Positions 18,797-33,700 of a stretch of 64,000 bases of DNA are shown here, piece after piece (within the stretch, counting starts at the first letter, position 1; each line of letters begins with the position of its first letter). The stretch comes from Candidatus Oxydemutator sp. (lineage in GTDB: Bacteria; Pseudomonadota; Gammaproteobacteria; Poriferisulfidales; Oxydemutatoraceae): positions 2,314,815 through 2,378,814 of the forward strand of contig OZ241883.1 in assembly GCA_965203445.1 (NCBI GenBank), given 5' to 3'. A model generated the notes under the pieces. It did not search any database and was not told the DNA's origin. It saw nothing but the letters and a program-made list of their open reading frames with translations. The translations under genes and the position numbers were made by a program.

Positions 18797-21700
18797 TCAG
18801 CGTCCGCTTGACCGGCAAATCCTCCCACGAGTGAGACTGCCGGATGGACGCCTTAATTGCCTCACCACACGCTCGAAATCAGATGAGACTAGAAATTCGT
18901 CAAGACTGACGTTCGCGCTTGGCATATAAAACTCCGTGCCCCTAAATCTGAGAATCCTGAACGAAGCCGGATTATTTGTGGCCTGAAGTTGCAAAACGGC
19001 AGCAAGCCTAAGAGCCTCGTTTGCGAAATCAGCATCCGCCGATACTATCGTGCCATCAGCATTCACGTCGCCGGTTATCATGAACAAACGGTCATTGTTA
19101 CGGAACATCGGGCAGCTCCCATTATACAAATCCGTAGAGGCTCCCACCTCTCGGTAGTCTATGCAATAGTTCGCACTTGAATCACCGCAATCCGTGGACA
19201 ATGGCCGCGCCGACAATATCGGCAGGTGGTTGCGATGCTGCAACAGCAGATACACGTCCTTGTTCGGCTCTATCTCGGCGTCAAAGCGCACCCCTTGCCG
19301 AGCCAACACATCCGTCGTCGTCGTCGCATTCTCGTTCACGCCTACTATGCTGCCGTCGGACAGAATCAAGCCTGCCTTTACGCCGCCTACGGGCACGCTG
19401 TCCGGATCCGCAGCACTCGGCGCGAAACCCGTGTTCACTACCCGCAACTCCAACAACATCCAGTCCACCACATTCGACGGCATGCCGTTTGCGTTGGCAA
19501 CACCCTCTATACGAGGCACCGTCGTCGTCGCCGCGTGGTTCCAGGGCCTCACGCTATACGGTTGTACACGTGGCAGCGCTCGATTCAAAAAAGTGCCCAT
19601 GTCGCCATCCGCGACACGATACGCCCCCTCCAAATACACGCCCGCGGCCACTACCAGACCTCGCTCGCTGCGGATGCCGACTTCGGCGAACTTCGGCTCT
19701 CCTATTTCCGCGGGGTGATCGCTGCCGCAGTTCGGGCAGTTCGTCAGGCGTAAACGAAAGCGTTCGCTATTTTCCTTCTCTACCTCGTCGGCCACAACCG
19801 ACACCTGCACTCTCGCGGTGCCGTCCTCGCCCAACGTTATGCTCCCGGTGACCGGCAGCGCATTCACACTCACACCGGCGCTGCCGCCGCGATCTATCTC
19901 GAGAACTCCCCCCAGATCTGCGGACGTCAGACCTTCGGACGCGGTCGTAAGCTCATATTCCACCGTAACGGCCCAATTTGCGCCGCCGCTCAACGACACC
20001 GTGAAGGTCGCGGTCGCCCCTTCCGCCACCACCGCCGGCGCCGCCGCCACCGTCACCTGATCAAATTCGTTGGCCGCTATCGTCGTCATCGCCTCCAACG
20101 CCTCGGTGCTCAAACGAAGAGTACCCGCCGCGCCGGAAAGCATCGCGTTAGTCAGCTCCACCGAGAACGTCTCGGCCAATTCCGCTCCATCGTCGTCTTT
20201 TATTGCCACCTGGAACGACTGGGAAGAATTGCCCGCCGTGATGCTGACGTTGCCGTTGTTCGCTCCGTCAATGTCATCAAGCTCCGAAGTTCCTCCGCTT
20301 GTGTCCACGTTCCAATTCCAACTCGCAGTCACGCCCGACGGAAGGGCACCCGGCAGACTAACCGTGTACCTCGCTCTCGCGCCCTCCGAGACCATCGCGG
20401 AACCGGCGAACGCAGCCTTGACCGCGGGTTGCGATTCTCGTTGCGCCCTGATTTCGGTAGTGTTGCCAGACGGGAAAAAATCACTGACGCCCTTCAACAC
20501 CGGATAATCAAATGCCGTTCCAAAATCCCACGGGTTGTCGTCGTTCAAGGTCTCTATGCCCATGACCGTGCCCGTCGTATCGTCCACGTTCAACTTATCC
20601 CAACCGGCGTAGATGCCGTCCGCCATCGTCGGGATATGCAAGTCGTAGGAAGTCTTGGGCGAATTGTCCGGCGACGGCGCGGTCGTGCCGCCGCAGCATG
20701 ACGACTCCTCGCTGCGCTCCAGGTCAAAGTAGCTTGACTGAATCTCCATGGATGTACGATACCCTATCAAACCGCCTCTATGTGGCCCCCCGCCGGTCGG
20801 TTTCCCTATCGTGTAGCTGGCGCTCACTACGGAATTGCCCGTGTCGCTGCCTATCAAACCGCCCGCTCTTTCCCCCGCGCCGTGCACCCTCACGTTGCTA
20901 TAACCGGCGATCACAATTCCCCCGTTCATCTCGCCCACCAGACCGCCTACCGCCCAGGAACCGCTCACCGACCCGCCCGCCACGTAACTCGCCGCTATCT
21001 TGCCGAAGTTATATCCCACCAGCGCCCCCACCCCCACGCTGTCGGGCGCACTCACGTTCACGTTCTTCATGCCTACCGAACGGATTACGCCGTCGGCGCC
21101 CAAGATACCGAACAAGCCCACGTAATCAGAACGAGCACCGCTGCGCGTCAGATTCATATTCCTGATGACGTGGCCGTGACCTTCGAATACGGCGTTGTAG
21201 CGGAGGGATTCCGGCTGCATGTTCCAACCATTCCACACGGACAACGCCTGTGCATACCCTCCGCCTATCTGCTTCTCCGCCCAGTTCGGCACGCTCGACA
21301 GGTCTATGTCGTTCAACAATTCGTAGCCCTTGCAGGTGTTCGGACAGGTCGCACTCTCATCAAAAGAGGGAAACGCCAAGTCATAATCAGCCAGGTCTCC
21401 ATCATCCACGCCGAGCCGGCCCTCGCCCCTCAAGTCATGGCGTATCGCCTCCAACTGCGTCGTCGTCCTGACCTCTATCAAACCATCACCGTCGACGTCA
21501 TAATCCATCCCCTCGCTCGAGGCGATGGTGCTTACGACCGCGGAACTGACGGTGCTCAAACGCAAACCGTCCGGGCCTTGCAAATTGCTTAAGCGCACGC
21601 GGAACGTCTCTCTTGGCTCCGGCGCCGCGTCCCCCGCTATCGCCACCCCGAAAACCACGCTGTCGGTGCCCGCCAGAACCACCTCACCGCTCGTCGCCCC

Positions 21701-24700
21701 GTCAAAATCGAACGCATCGGCGTGGCCGTCACCGTCACCGGTCAATTCCACGGTCCAACTCATCGTAACCGGTTCGGCAGCGCGACTACCCAGTTCCACC
21801 GCGTACGTCGCCGCAAAACCCTCCACGACCACCCTGCGGCCTCGCTGCGACAACGTCGCCAATACCGGCGGCTGCCTCTGGCGCTGCACGCGGATAGCGG
21901 TGGTATTGCCGGCGGGATAACGTTCGCCTTGGCCATGCAACACCGGGTACTGAAGACTACTCCCGAAATCCCACGGACTGTCGTCGTTCAGCGTCTCCAC
22001 GCTCATGACCGTGCCCGTCGTATCGTCCACGTTCAGCCGATCCCAACCGGCGTAGATGCCGTCCGCCGCAATCGGGGCGCGCAACTTGGCGGGCGTCTGC
22101 GGCGTCTCGTCCGGCGACGGCGCGGTCGTGCCGCCGCAGCATGACGACTCCCCGCTGCGCTCGCTGTCAAAGTAGCTTGACTGGATCTTCACCGCGGACC
22201 CACGATGCCCTATCAAACCGCCTCTATGAGAACCCCCGCCGGTCGGTTTCCCTACCGTGTAGCTGGCGTTCACTACGGAGCTGCCTTCGCCGGTGCCTAT
22301 CAAACCACCCGCTCTTTGCCCCACGCCGTGCACCGCCACGTCGCTATAACAGGCAATCACAATTCCCCCTTTCATCTCGCCCACCAAACCGCCTACATCC
22401 CAGGAACCGCTCACCGTCCCGCTCACCGCGTAACTCGCCGCTATCTTGCCGTAGCTGACCCCCACCAACGCGGCTACCCCCTCGCTGTCGGGTGCGTTCA
22501 CGTTCACGTTCTCCATGCCTACGGAACGAATTACGCCGGTGTTGCCCAAGGTGCCAAACAAGCTCACGTAATCATAGCGGTTACCGCTGTCGCGCGTTAT
22601 CTTCATATTCCTGATGACGTGGCCGTTGCCTTCAAAAACGCCTTCGTAGCGGATGGACGTCGGGTACTGGTTCCAAGATCCCGTCCACGCGGGCGACGCC
22701 GGCGAATACCCCCCGCCTATCGGCGTCCAGTTCTCCACGCTCGACAAATCCAGGTTGTTCGACAATTCGTAGCCCTTGCAGGTTGCGGCGCAACCCATGT
22801 TCAGTTCCGCTCGCGGGAACGCCGCGGTGTACGTAGTGACGTACGCTTGTTCGTCGGGCATACCGTCGCCGTCCAAGTCATAGCGGATCGCCGACAACTG
22901 CGACGTCGTCGCAACCTCTATCAAATTATCGCCGTCGTCGTCGTAATCTATCCCGTCGCTCCTTTCGATGGTGCCGACGACGGCGGAACTGGCGACACTC
23001 AGACGCAGCCTGTCCAAACCCCTCGGATTGCTCAGGCGCACGCGAAACGTCTCTCTCGGTTCCGACACGTCGTCATCCTCGATAGTGACACTGAAAACCG
23101 CGCTGTCGGTGCCCGCCAGAACCACCTCGCCGCTCGTCGCCCCGGCAAAATCGGCCGCATCGGCGTGCTCCGCGCCGACGCCGGTCAACTCCACGGACCA
23201 ACTCAACGTAACCGGGGTGGCGCCGTGATCGTCCAATTCCACCGCATACTCGGCCGCCGAACCCTCCGCTATCGCTTCGACGGTTCGCTGCGACAGCGTC
23301 GCTAATACCGGCGTCTGCCTCCGTTGCTGCACGCGGATACTCGTGCTGTTGCCGTCGGGATAACGCGCGCTTGCGCCGCGCAGCACCGGATAATCAAAAC
23401 TCGTCCCGAAATCCCACGGCGCGTCGTCATGCAAGCCGTCCACGTCCAACTCGTCCCAACCGGTGTAGATGCCGTCCGCCGCGATCGGGGTGCGCAAATC
23501 CTCGGACGTCCTGGGCGTCTCGTCCAACGACGGCGGGTTATGGCCGCAGCACGAAGACTGCCCGCTACGCCCGCTGTCAAAGTAGCTCGCCTGTATCTCG
23601 TCGGTATTGCCGGCACGCTCCCCCACCAAGCCGCCGATTCTGCCGTTGCTCCTTTGCACGCTCACTCTGCCGATGGCGTAACTGGCGCTCACTATGCTCG
23701 CATCGTTCATTGCTCCCACCAGACCGCCCGCCGCAGTTTGGGCAATCACGGGCACGTCCGTATAACTGGCAATCACAACCCCCCCGATCATCCTGCCCAC
23801 CAGACCACCCACTACGGAATAACCGCGCACCGGCGCTGCTTCCCTCGCCGATTTCCCCACTACGTAACTCGCCGCTATTGTGCCGTAGCCAGTCCCCACC
23901 AATCCGCCCGTATTGACGCTGTCCGTGGCGGATATATTCACGTTCACGTCCACCAGGCCCACGGAACGGATCATGCCAAAAGCACCCAACGCACCGAACA
24001 AACCCACGTGATAATAGCCGGTGGCACCGCTTCGCGTTATCGTCATACTGCTGATGACGTGGCCGTTGCCCTCGAATACCGCCTCGTACCGAGTATTCGC
24101 GGGCGCGCCCTCGCCCGCCTGGGTAATGCCCCCGCCTATCGGCGTCCAATTCCGCACGCTCGACAGGTCTACGTCGTTCAACAATTCGTAGCCCTTGCAG
24201 GTGTTCGGACACGTCGCACTCTCATCAAAAGAGGGAAACGCCACGTCATAATCAGGCAAGTCTCCATCACCTACGCCGAGCCTGCCTCCGCCTCTCAAGT
24301 CATAGCGTATCGCCGCCAACTGCGCCGTCGTCCTGACCTCTATCAGACCGTCATTGTTGGCGTCATAATCCGTCCCCCCGCTCGAGGCGATGGTGCTCAC
24401 GACCGCGGAACTGACGGTGCTCAAACGCAAGTTGTCCGCGCCTTGCAAATTGCTCAAGCGCACGCGGAACGTCTCTCTCGGCTCCTCCATCGCGTCCCCC
24501 GCTATCGCCACCCCGAAAACCGCGCTGTCGGTGTCGACCAGGGTTATCGTCCCCGTCGTCGCGGGAAAATCGGCCGCATCGGCGTGGCCGTCGCCGACAC
24601 CGGTCAATTCCACGGACCAACTCATCGTCACCACGTCGGCGGCGCCACCACCAAGTTCCACCGCGTACGTCGCCGTAGAACCCTCCGCTGTCACCTCGTC

Positions 24701-27700
24701 GCCCCGTTGCGACAACGTCACAAATACCGGCGGCTGCCCTCGTCGCTGCACCCGGGTAGCGGTGGTATTGCCGCCGAGATAACGCACGCTTACGCCGCGC
24801 AGCACCGGATAATCAAAACCCGTCCCGAAATCCCACGGGTTGTCGTCGTCCAACGTCAAAACGCCCATGACCGTGCCCGTCGTATCGTCCACGTTCAGAC
24901 CGGCCCATGCCGCATAAATGCCCGTAGCCGCGGTCGGCGAGCGCAACTCCCGGCTCGTCCGTAGCGACGACGACGGCACGTTCGTGCCGCCCGACGATAA
25001 GCCGCTGCGATCTCCGTCGAAGTAACTGCTCTCTATCGCGGTTGACGCAGCCCGGTTCTCGCCCACCAGACCGCCAAGGTACGGCGTTACCGACAGACGC
25101 GGCAGCGTCCGCCGCACCCTTCCCGAGGAATAACTCGCTATGATCTTCCCGCCAGAGTAGTTCTCACCTACCAGACCACCGACCCTGGAGTTGCCCGCAT
25201 CCACGGTCACGTCGGTGTAACTGGCAATGATCGTCCCCCCGTTGCCGGCCACCAGACCGCCCACGCCCAAACCGCCGCGCACCGTACCGCCCGCCACGTA
25301 ACTCGCCGCCACCTTGCCGCCGTAGTTGGCACCCGCCAACGCGCCCGTCAGCGTGCTGCTTATATGCACCTCCACGTTCACGTTCGCCAAACCCACGTTG
25401 CGGATGACACCGCCTGCGCCCAACGCGCGGAACAAACCCACAAAGTGCCAAATGTCATTCCGGGCGAGCACCTCCATATTGCCGATAACGTAGCCGTTGC
25501 CCTCGAACACCGCGTTGTAACGATGCTCCTCCGGCAGCACCTTGCCGCTAAGCCCGCGCGCCCCGCCCCCTATCGGTTCCCAAGCCATGCCGGACAGGTC
25601 CACGTCGTTCAACAATTCGTAGCCCTTGCAGGTGCCCGGACACGTCGCACTCTCATCGAAAGAGGGAAACGCCAAGTCATAATCAGCCAGGTCTTCACCG
25701 CCTACGCCGAGCCGGCCCTCGCCTCTCAAGTCATAGCGTATCGCCGCCAACTGCGTCGTCGTCCTGACCTCTATCAGACCGTCATCGTTGGCGTCATAAT
25801 CCATCCCCCCGCTCGAGGCGATGGTGCTCACGACCGCGGAACTGACGGTGCTCAAACGCAAACTGTCCGGGCCTTGCAAATTGCTCAAGCGCACGCGGAA
25901 CGTCTCTCTCGGTTCCAGCGCCTCGTCCCCCGCTATCGCCACCCTGAAAACCGCGCTGTCGGTGTTGACCAGAACCACCTCCCCGCTCGTCGCACCGTCA
26001 AAATCCAACGCATCGGCGTGGCCGTCGCCGTCACCGGTCAACTCCACGGACCAACTCAACGTAACCGGGGTGGCGCCGTGACCGTCCAATGCCACCACGT
26101 ACTCCATCGCCGAATCCTCCGCTATCGTCCCGGTAGTCCGCTGCGACAGCGTCGCAAATACCGGCGGCTGCCCCCGTCGCTGCGCGCGGATAGCGGTGGT
26201 ATTGCCGTCGAGATAACGCGCGCTTACGCCGCGCAGCACCGGATAATCAAAACTCGTCCCGAAATCCCACGGACTGTCGTCGTTCAAGTCGTCGTCGCCG
26301 TTCTGATCCACGCCGTCCACGTCCAACTTGTCCCAACCGGTGTAGAAGTCGTCCGCCGCGATCGGGGTGCGCAACTCGGCGGACGTCTTGCGCGTGTCGC
26401 GGTCCGTCGACGGCGGGTTATGGCCGCAACACGACGACTCCCCGCTGCGCTCGCCGTCATAGTAACTCGACTGAATCTCCAGAGGAATCACCAAAGAAGG
26501 CTGCTCTTGAAAAAGTTGACGATACCCTAGCAGACCGCCTCTATGAGGATCGCCGCCGCTCGGAACCCCTATCGTGTAGCTGGCGCTCACTATGGAACCG
26601 CCGCCGTCGTCGTTGCCTATCAAACCGCCCACTCTCTGAGCATTGGCCACGCCGTGCGCCGACACGGCGCTATAACTGGCAATCACAATTCCCCCGCCCA
26701 CGCCGCCCACCAGACCCCCGGTCGCCCAGAAACCACGCACGGAACCGTTCACCGCGTAACTCGCCGCTATCTTGCCAAAGTTATATCCCGCCAACGCGCC
26801 CACCCACACGCTGGGGGAGGCATTCACGTTCACGCCCTCCATGCCTACGTTGCGGATTGCGCCGGTGCTGCTCAGGATGCTGAACAAGCCCATGTAATCA
26901 TCACGCTCGCCGTCGCGCCGTATCCTCATATTCCTGATGACGTGGCCGTTGCCTTCGAATACGGCGCTGTAGCTGATGTGTAGCGGCCGCTGTTGCCAAC
27001 TCGACCAGCCAGGCGACCCCTGCGTAATGCCCCCGCCTATCGGCGTCCAATTCCGCACGCTCGACAGGTCTACGTCGTTCAACAATTCGTAGCCCTTGCA
27101 GGTGTTCGGACACGTCGCACTCTCATCAAAAGAGGGAAACGCCAAGTCATAATCAGCCAGGTCTTCATCATCCACGCCGAGCCGGCCCTCGCCTCTCAAG
27201 TCATAGTGTATCGCCGCCAACTGCGTCGTCGTCCTGACCTCTATCAGACCGTCATCGTTGGCGTCATAATCCATCCCCCCGCTCGAGGCGATGGTGCTTA
27301 CGACCGCGGAACTGACGGTGCTCACACGCAAGTTGTCCGCGCCTTGCACGTTGCTCAAGCGCACGCGGAACGTCTCTCTCGGCTCCAGCGCCGCGTCCCC
27401 CGCTATCGCCACCCTGAAAACCACGCTGTCGGTGTCGACCAGGGTTATCGTCCCCGCGGTCGCGGGAAAATCGGCCGCATCGGCGTGGCCGCCGCCGTCG
27501 CCGGTCAATTCCACGGACCAACTCAACGTAACCGGGCTGGCACCGTGACTATCCAATTCCACCACATACTCGGCCGCCGAACCCTCCGCTATCGCTCCGA
27601 TAGTTCGCTGCGACAGCGTCGCCAATACCGGCGGCTGCCCCCGTCGCTGCACGCGGGCAGCGGTGGTATTGCCGTCGGGATAACGCGCGCTTACGCCGCG

Positions 27701-30700
27701 CAGCACCGGATAATCAAAACTTGTCCCGAAATCCCACGGACCGTCGTCGTTCAAGTCGTCGTCGCCGCCCTGATCCACGCCGTCCACGTCCAACTTGTCC
27801 CAACCGGCGTAGATGCCGTCCGCCATCGTCGGGGTGCGTAACTGGACGGACGTCCGCGGCGTCTCGTCCGGCGACGGCGCGGTCGTGCCGCCGCAGCATG
27901 ACGACTCCCCGCTGCGCTCGCTGTCAAAGTAGCTCGACTGGATCTTCACCGTGGATTCACGATGCCCTATCAAACCGCCTCTATGAGAACCCCCACCGGT
28001 CGGAATCCCTACCGTGTAGCTGGCACTCACTATGGAATCGCCCGTGCCGCTGCCTATCAAACCGCCCGCTCTTACCCCCCCGCCGTGCACCGCCACGTCG
28101 CTATAACCGGCAATCACTGTTCCCCCGATTATCTCGCCTATCAAACCGCCTACCGCCCAGGAGCCACTCACCGTCCCGCTCACCGCGTAACTCGCCGCTA
28201 TCTTGCCGTAGCTGACCCCCGCCAACGCGGCCGCTCCCCCGCTTCCGCTGCCAGGCGGTACGTCCACGCTCACGCCCACCATGCCTACGGAACGGATTAC
28301 GCCGGCGCTGCCCAAGGTACCGAACAAACCCACGTAATCATAGCGGGAGGCTCTGCTTATACGCATATTCCTGACGACGCGGCCGTTCCCTTCAAAAACG
28401 CCTTCGTAGCGGATGGATTCCGGGAACGCGTTCCAAAGCCCCGTCCACGCAGGCGACGCCGGCGAATACCCCCCGCCTATCGGCGTCCAATTCTGCACGC
28501 TCGACAGGTCCATATCGTTCAGCAATTCGTAGCCCTTGCAGGTATTCGGACACGTCGCACTCTCGTCAAAAGAGGGAAACGCCAAGTCATAATCAGGCAA
28601 GTCTCCATCACCTACGCCGAGCCGGCCCCCACCTCTCAAGTCATAGCGTATCGCCGACAACTGCGTCGTCGTCCTGACCTCTATCAGACCGTCATCGTTG
28701 GCGTCATAATCCATCCCCCCGCTCGAGGCGATGGTGCTTACGACCGCGGAACTGACGGTGCTCAAATGCAAGTTGTCCGCGCCTTGCACGTTGCTCAAGC
28801 GCACGCGGAACGTCTCTCTCGGCTCCAGCGCCTCGTCCCCCGCTATCGCCACCCTGAAAACCGCGCTGTCGGTGTCGACCAGGGTTATCGTCCCCATCGT
28901 CGTGGGAAAATCGGTCGCATCGGCGTGGCCGTCGCCGACACCGGTCAACTCCACGGACCAACTCATCGTCACCACGTCGTCGCTGTGGCCGTCCAATTCC
29001 ACCGCGTACTCCGCCGCCGAACCCTCCGCCGTTACCTCGTCGCCTCGCTGCGACAACGCAACCAATACCGGCGGCTGGCTTTGTCGCTGCACGCGGGTAG
29101 CGGTGGTATTGCCGCCGGGATAAAGCGCGCTTACGCCGCGCAGCACCGGATAATCAAAACCCGTCCCGAAATCCCACGGACTGTCGTCGTTCAAGTCGTC
29201 GTCGCCGCTCTGATCCACGCCGTCCACGTTCAACTTGTCCCAACCCGCGTAGATGGTGCCCGCGGCCGCGGTCGGGGCGCGCAACTGGACGGACGTCCGC
29301 GGCGTCTCGTCCGGCGACGGCGCGGTCGTGCCGCCGCAGCATGACGACTCCCCGCTGCGCTCGCTGTCAAAGTAGCTTTTTTGTATCCTGGCCTGGGAAT
29401 CACGCTCCCCGATCAAACCGCCATCCTGGTCCCCCACGGCCGTCGTCCTCCCGATCGCGTAGCTGGCGCTTACTATGCTGCCGCTTTCAGCGACGCCGAT
29501 CAAACCGCCCGCCGAGTTCCCCTGGTCGTTCTCGTTCCGGGCGCGCACCTCGACGTCGGTATAACTGGCGATCATGGTTGCACTCGTATGCAACGTGCCC
29601 ACGAGACCGCCCACTCTCCAAACACCATTGACCAATCCGCCCACTACGTAACTCGCCGCTATTCTGCCGCGGCTTGCCCCCGCCAACGCGCCCGTCTGAG
29701 AGCTGGCGCCGCGCAATTCCATATGTACGTCGCTCAGGCCGACGTTGCGGATTGTGCCGCCGGCACCCAGGAAGCCGAACAAGCCTCTGTAGTGATAATC
29801 GTCGTTGTCGGGGGCGCGTATCTCCATATTGCTTATGACGTGCCCGTTGCCTTCAAAAACGGCCTGGTAACGATTGGTGTCGTCCCCTATCGGTTCCCAG
29901 TTCGTACCGCTCGCCACACTGGACAGGTCCACGTCGTTCAACAGCTCGTAGCCCCTGCAACCGTCCGGACACGTCTCATCCTCGTCAAAAAACGGAAATG
30001 CCTCCTGATAAGCGGCCGTGGCCAAATCTCCACCATCTACGCCGGCCAACCCGGCGCCTCTCAAGTCGTAGCGGATCGCCGACAACTGGGTCGTCGTCCT
30101 CACGTCTATCAGATTGTTGCCGTCGAGGTCGTAATTCATCCCATGCGACGCGATGACGCTGACGACCGCGGAACCGGGGGCGCTCAAACGCAAGTTGTCC
30201 GGCGCCAGCAGATTGCTCAAGCGCACTCGGAACCTTTCTGCCCGTTCCGGCGTCCCGTCCTCTATTATCTGCACCTCCAAAACCGCACTGTCGGTGTTGA
30301 TGAGAACCACCTGCCCTCTCGTCACGCCGGAAAAATCGGCGGCCTCGGCGTGGCCTGGGCCGACGCCACTCAACTCCACGGACCAGCTCATCGTAACCGG
30401 GATGGCGCCGCGACCGTCCAATTCCACCGCATACTCGACCGCCGAACCCTCCGCTATCGCCCCGGAAGTTCGCTGCGACAACGTGACCAATACCAGCGGC
30501 TGCCCCCGTCGCTGCGCGCGGATAGCGGTGGTATTGCCGTCGGGATAGCGCGCGCTTACGCCGCGCAGCACCGGATAATCAAAACTCGTCCCGAAATCCC
30601 ACGGACTGTCGTCGTTGTAGTCGCCGTCGCCGCTCTGATCCACGCGGTCCACGTTCAACCTGTCCCAGCCCTCGTAGATGGTGCCCGCCGCGGTGGTCGG

Positions 30701-33700
30701 GGTGCGCAACTCGGCGGACGTCTTCGGGGCGTCGTCCGGACTCGGCCATCTCTCTCCGCAGCATCGCTCCTCGCCGCTGCGCCCGCTGTCGAAGTAACTT
30801 ACGCTCAATACGCTGCTTCCCGAGCGGCTGCCTACCAGACCGCCTACCGTACGTGAATTGGTGCTTCTCACCACCCTGCTCACCGAGTAACTCGCGCTCA
30901 CCACCCCGGAACCAGACAAACTGCCCACCAATCCGCCCAATGACCGATCCGTCGCAGCCACCGATACGTCCGCGTAACTCGCTATCAACGTGCCGTCGTT
31001 GACCCCCGTCAGGCCCCCCACCGCCCAACCACCGCTCACCGATCCACCCGACACGTAACTCGCCGCCACCCGCCCATAGCTATAACCCACCAAGGCGCCC
31101 GCTCCTATGCTCCCGCTGTAGCCTCTCTGCACGTCCACGACCACGTCCCGCAGACCCACGCCCCGCACCCAGCCGGCCTCGCCCAACGCGCCGAACAAGC
31201 CGACGTAATGCCAATTCTGCGACGGGCTGCGGATACGCATGTTCCTGATCACGTGACCGTTGCCCTCGAAGCCCCCCTGATAGCGGCCATCCAGGGGCGG
31301 GGTGTTGCTGTTGTCCGGCCCCACCCGGCTCTGCCGAGTAGCACCGCCTATCGGCGTCCAGTCCGCGTCGGACAGATCCAGGTCGGCCGACAACTCGTAG
31401 CCGGTGCACGTGCTGGGACAGGTCTTTGCCTCGTCGAAGAGATCGAACGCCGCCAGATAATCAGCCTCGTTCGCACTGCTGACGCCCGCCAACCCGACGC
31501 CGCCCAAGTCGTAGCGCATCGCCGACAACTGCGACGTCGTCGCAACGTCTATCAGATTATCGCCGTCGGCGTCATAGTTGGTTCCACCGAACGCGATGGA
31601 ACTGACGACGGACGAACTGGCGTCGCTCAAACGCAGCCGCTCCAAACCCCTCGGATTGCTCAAGCGCACGCGGAACGTCTCCGGCACTTCCGACTCGTCG
31701 TCATCCCCGACGGTTATCCTGAAAACCGCGCTGTCGGTGTTGACCAGGGTTACCGTCCCTCTGGTCACCTCGGTAAAATCGGCCGCATCGGCGTGGCCCG
31801 CGCCGACGCCGGTCAACTCCACGGACCAACTCAACGTAACCGGGATGGCGCCGCGACCGTCCAATTCCACCGCATACTCGACCGCCGAACCCTCCGGTGT
31901 CGTTCCGGAAGTTCGCTGCGACAACGTCGCCAATACCGGCGGCTGCCCCCGTCGCTGCGCGCGGATAGCGGTGGTATTGCCGTCGGGATAACGCGCGCTT
32001 ACGCCGCGCAGCACCGGATAATCAAAACCCGTCCCGAAATCCCACGGACTGTCGTCGTTCAAGTCGTCGTCGCCGTTCTGATCCACGCCGTCCACGTTCA
32101 ACTTGTCCCAACCGGCGTAGATGCCGTCCGCCATCGTCGGGGCGCGTAATTGGGCGGAAGTCCTGCCCGTACCCGAGTCCGACTGCCGTGTATTCTGGCC
32201 GCAACAGTCGGATTGTCCGCTGCGCCCGGTGTCAAAGTAGCTTTTTTGTATCCTGGCCTGGGAATCACGCTCCCCGATCAAACCGCCGTCCTCGTCCCCC
32301 ACGGCCGTCGTCCTCCCGATCGCGTAGCTGGCGCTTACTATGCTGCCGCTTTCGGCGGTGCCGATCAAACCGCCTGCCGCGCTCCCGTCGTTTTCTTCGT
32401 TCCGGGCGCGCACCTCGACGTCGGTGTAACTGGCGATCATGGTTGCATTCGTATACAACGTGCCTACGAGACCGCCCACTCTCCAAACACCGTTGATCAA
32501 CCCGCCCGCTACGTAACTCGCCGCTATTTTGCCGCGGCTTGCCCCCGCCAACGCACCCGTCTGAAAGCTGTCGCCGCGCAATTCTATATGCACGTCGCTC
32601 AGGCCGACGTTGCGGATCGTGCCGCCGGCGCCCAGGGAGCCGAACAAGCCTCTGTAGTGATAATTGCCGTTGTCGGGGGCGCGTATCTCCATATTGCTTA
32701 TGACGTGCCCGTTGCCTTCAAAAACGGCCTGGTAGCGATTCGCGTCGTCTCCTATCGGATCCCAGTTCTGGCCGGACGGCAGATCCAGGTCGGCCGACAA
32801 CTCGTAGCCGGTGCACGTGCTGGGACAGGTTTGCACCACGTCGTAAAGGGGAAACGCCGCCAGATAATCAGCCTCGTTCGCACTGCCCACGCCCGCCAAC
32901 CCGACGCCGCCCAAGTCGTAGCGTATCGCCGACAACTGGGACATCGTCGTCACCTCTATCAAGTTGTCATCGTCAACGTCGTAGTCTATCTTGCCGCTCG
33001 CCTCGATCGTGGTCCTGACGGAAACCGGCACGCCTAAACTCACGCGCGCAGGCGCCCCCGTGATCTTCGCGCCCGTCAACGTCACCACCATAACCTCGGC
33101 CAACTCGGTAACGAGGTCGTCGCGCACCCTCAACGAAAACGACGCGCTGACGGCGCCCGAGGCGATGACCACGCTGCCCGCGGTCGTGCCGACAAAGTCG
33201 TCGGCGCCGACTTCGCCGCCGCCCACCGCCCAGCTCCAACTCGCGCTCACCCCCGCCGGCAAGGCCCCCGGCAAACTCACCACGTAACTCGCGGTGCCGC
33301 CTTCCGACACTGCCGCGCTGCCGGCGAACGTCACCGCAAGACTTACCTCCGGCTGCGTCTCCTGCTGCGACGTGCGACGCGCCGCCTCCGTGTCGGTAGC
33401 GCCGCCGAACACCAGCACCGGGTAATCGAACACGCTGCCGAAGTCCCACGGACTGTCGTCGTTCAAGTCGCCGTCGTCGCCCTGATCCACGCCGTCCACG
33501 TCCAACTTGTCCCAACCCGCGTAGATCGTGCCCGCGGTCGTCGTCGGGACGTGCAACTCGCTCGACATCCTCGGGGCGACGTTGTCCAGATTCTGCGGGT
33601 CCGTTCCGCAGCAACTGGCCTGGAGGCTGCGCTCCACGTCAAAATAACTGGACTCCACCACGCCGCCGACGAACTGCCCCATCAAGCCGCCGACTGCATC

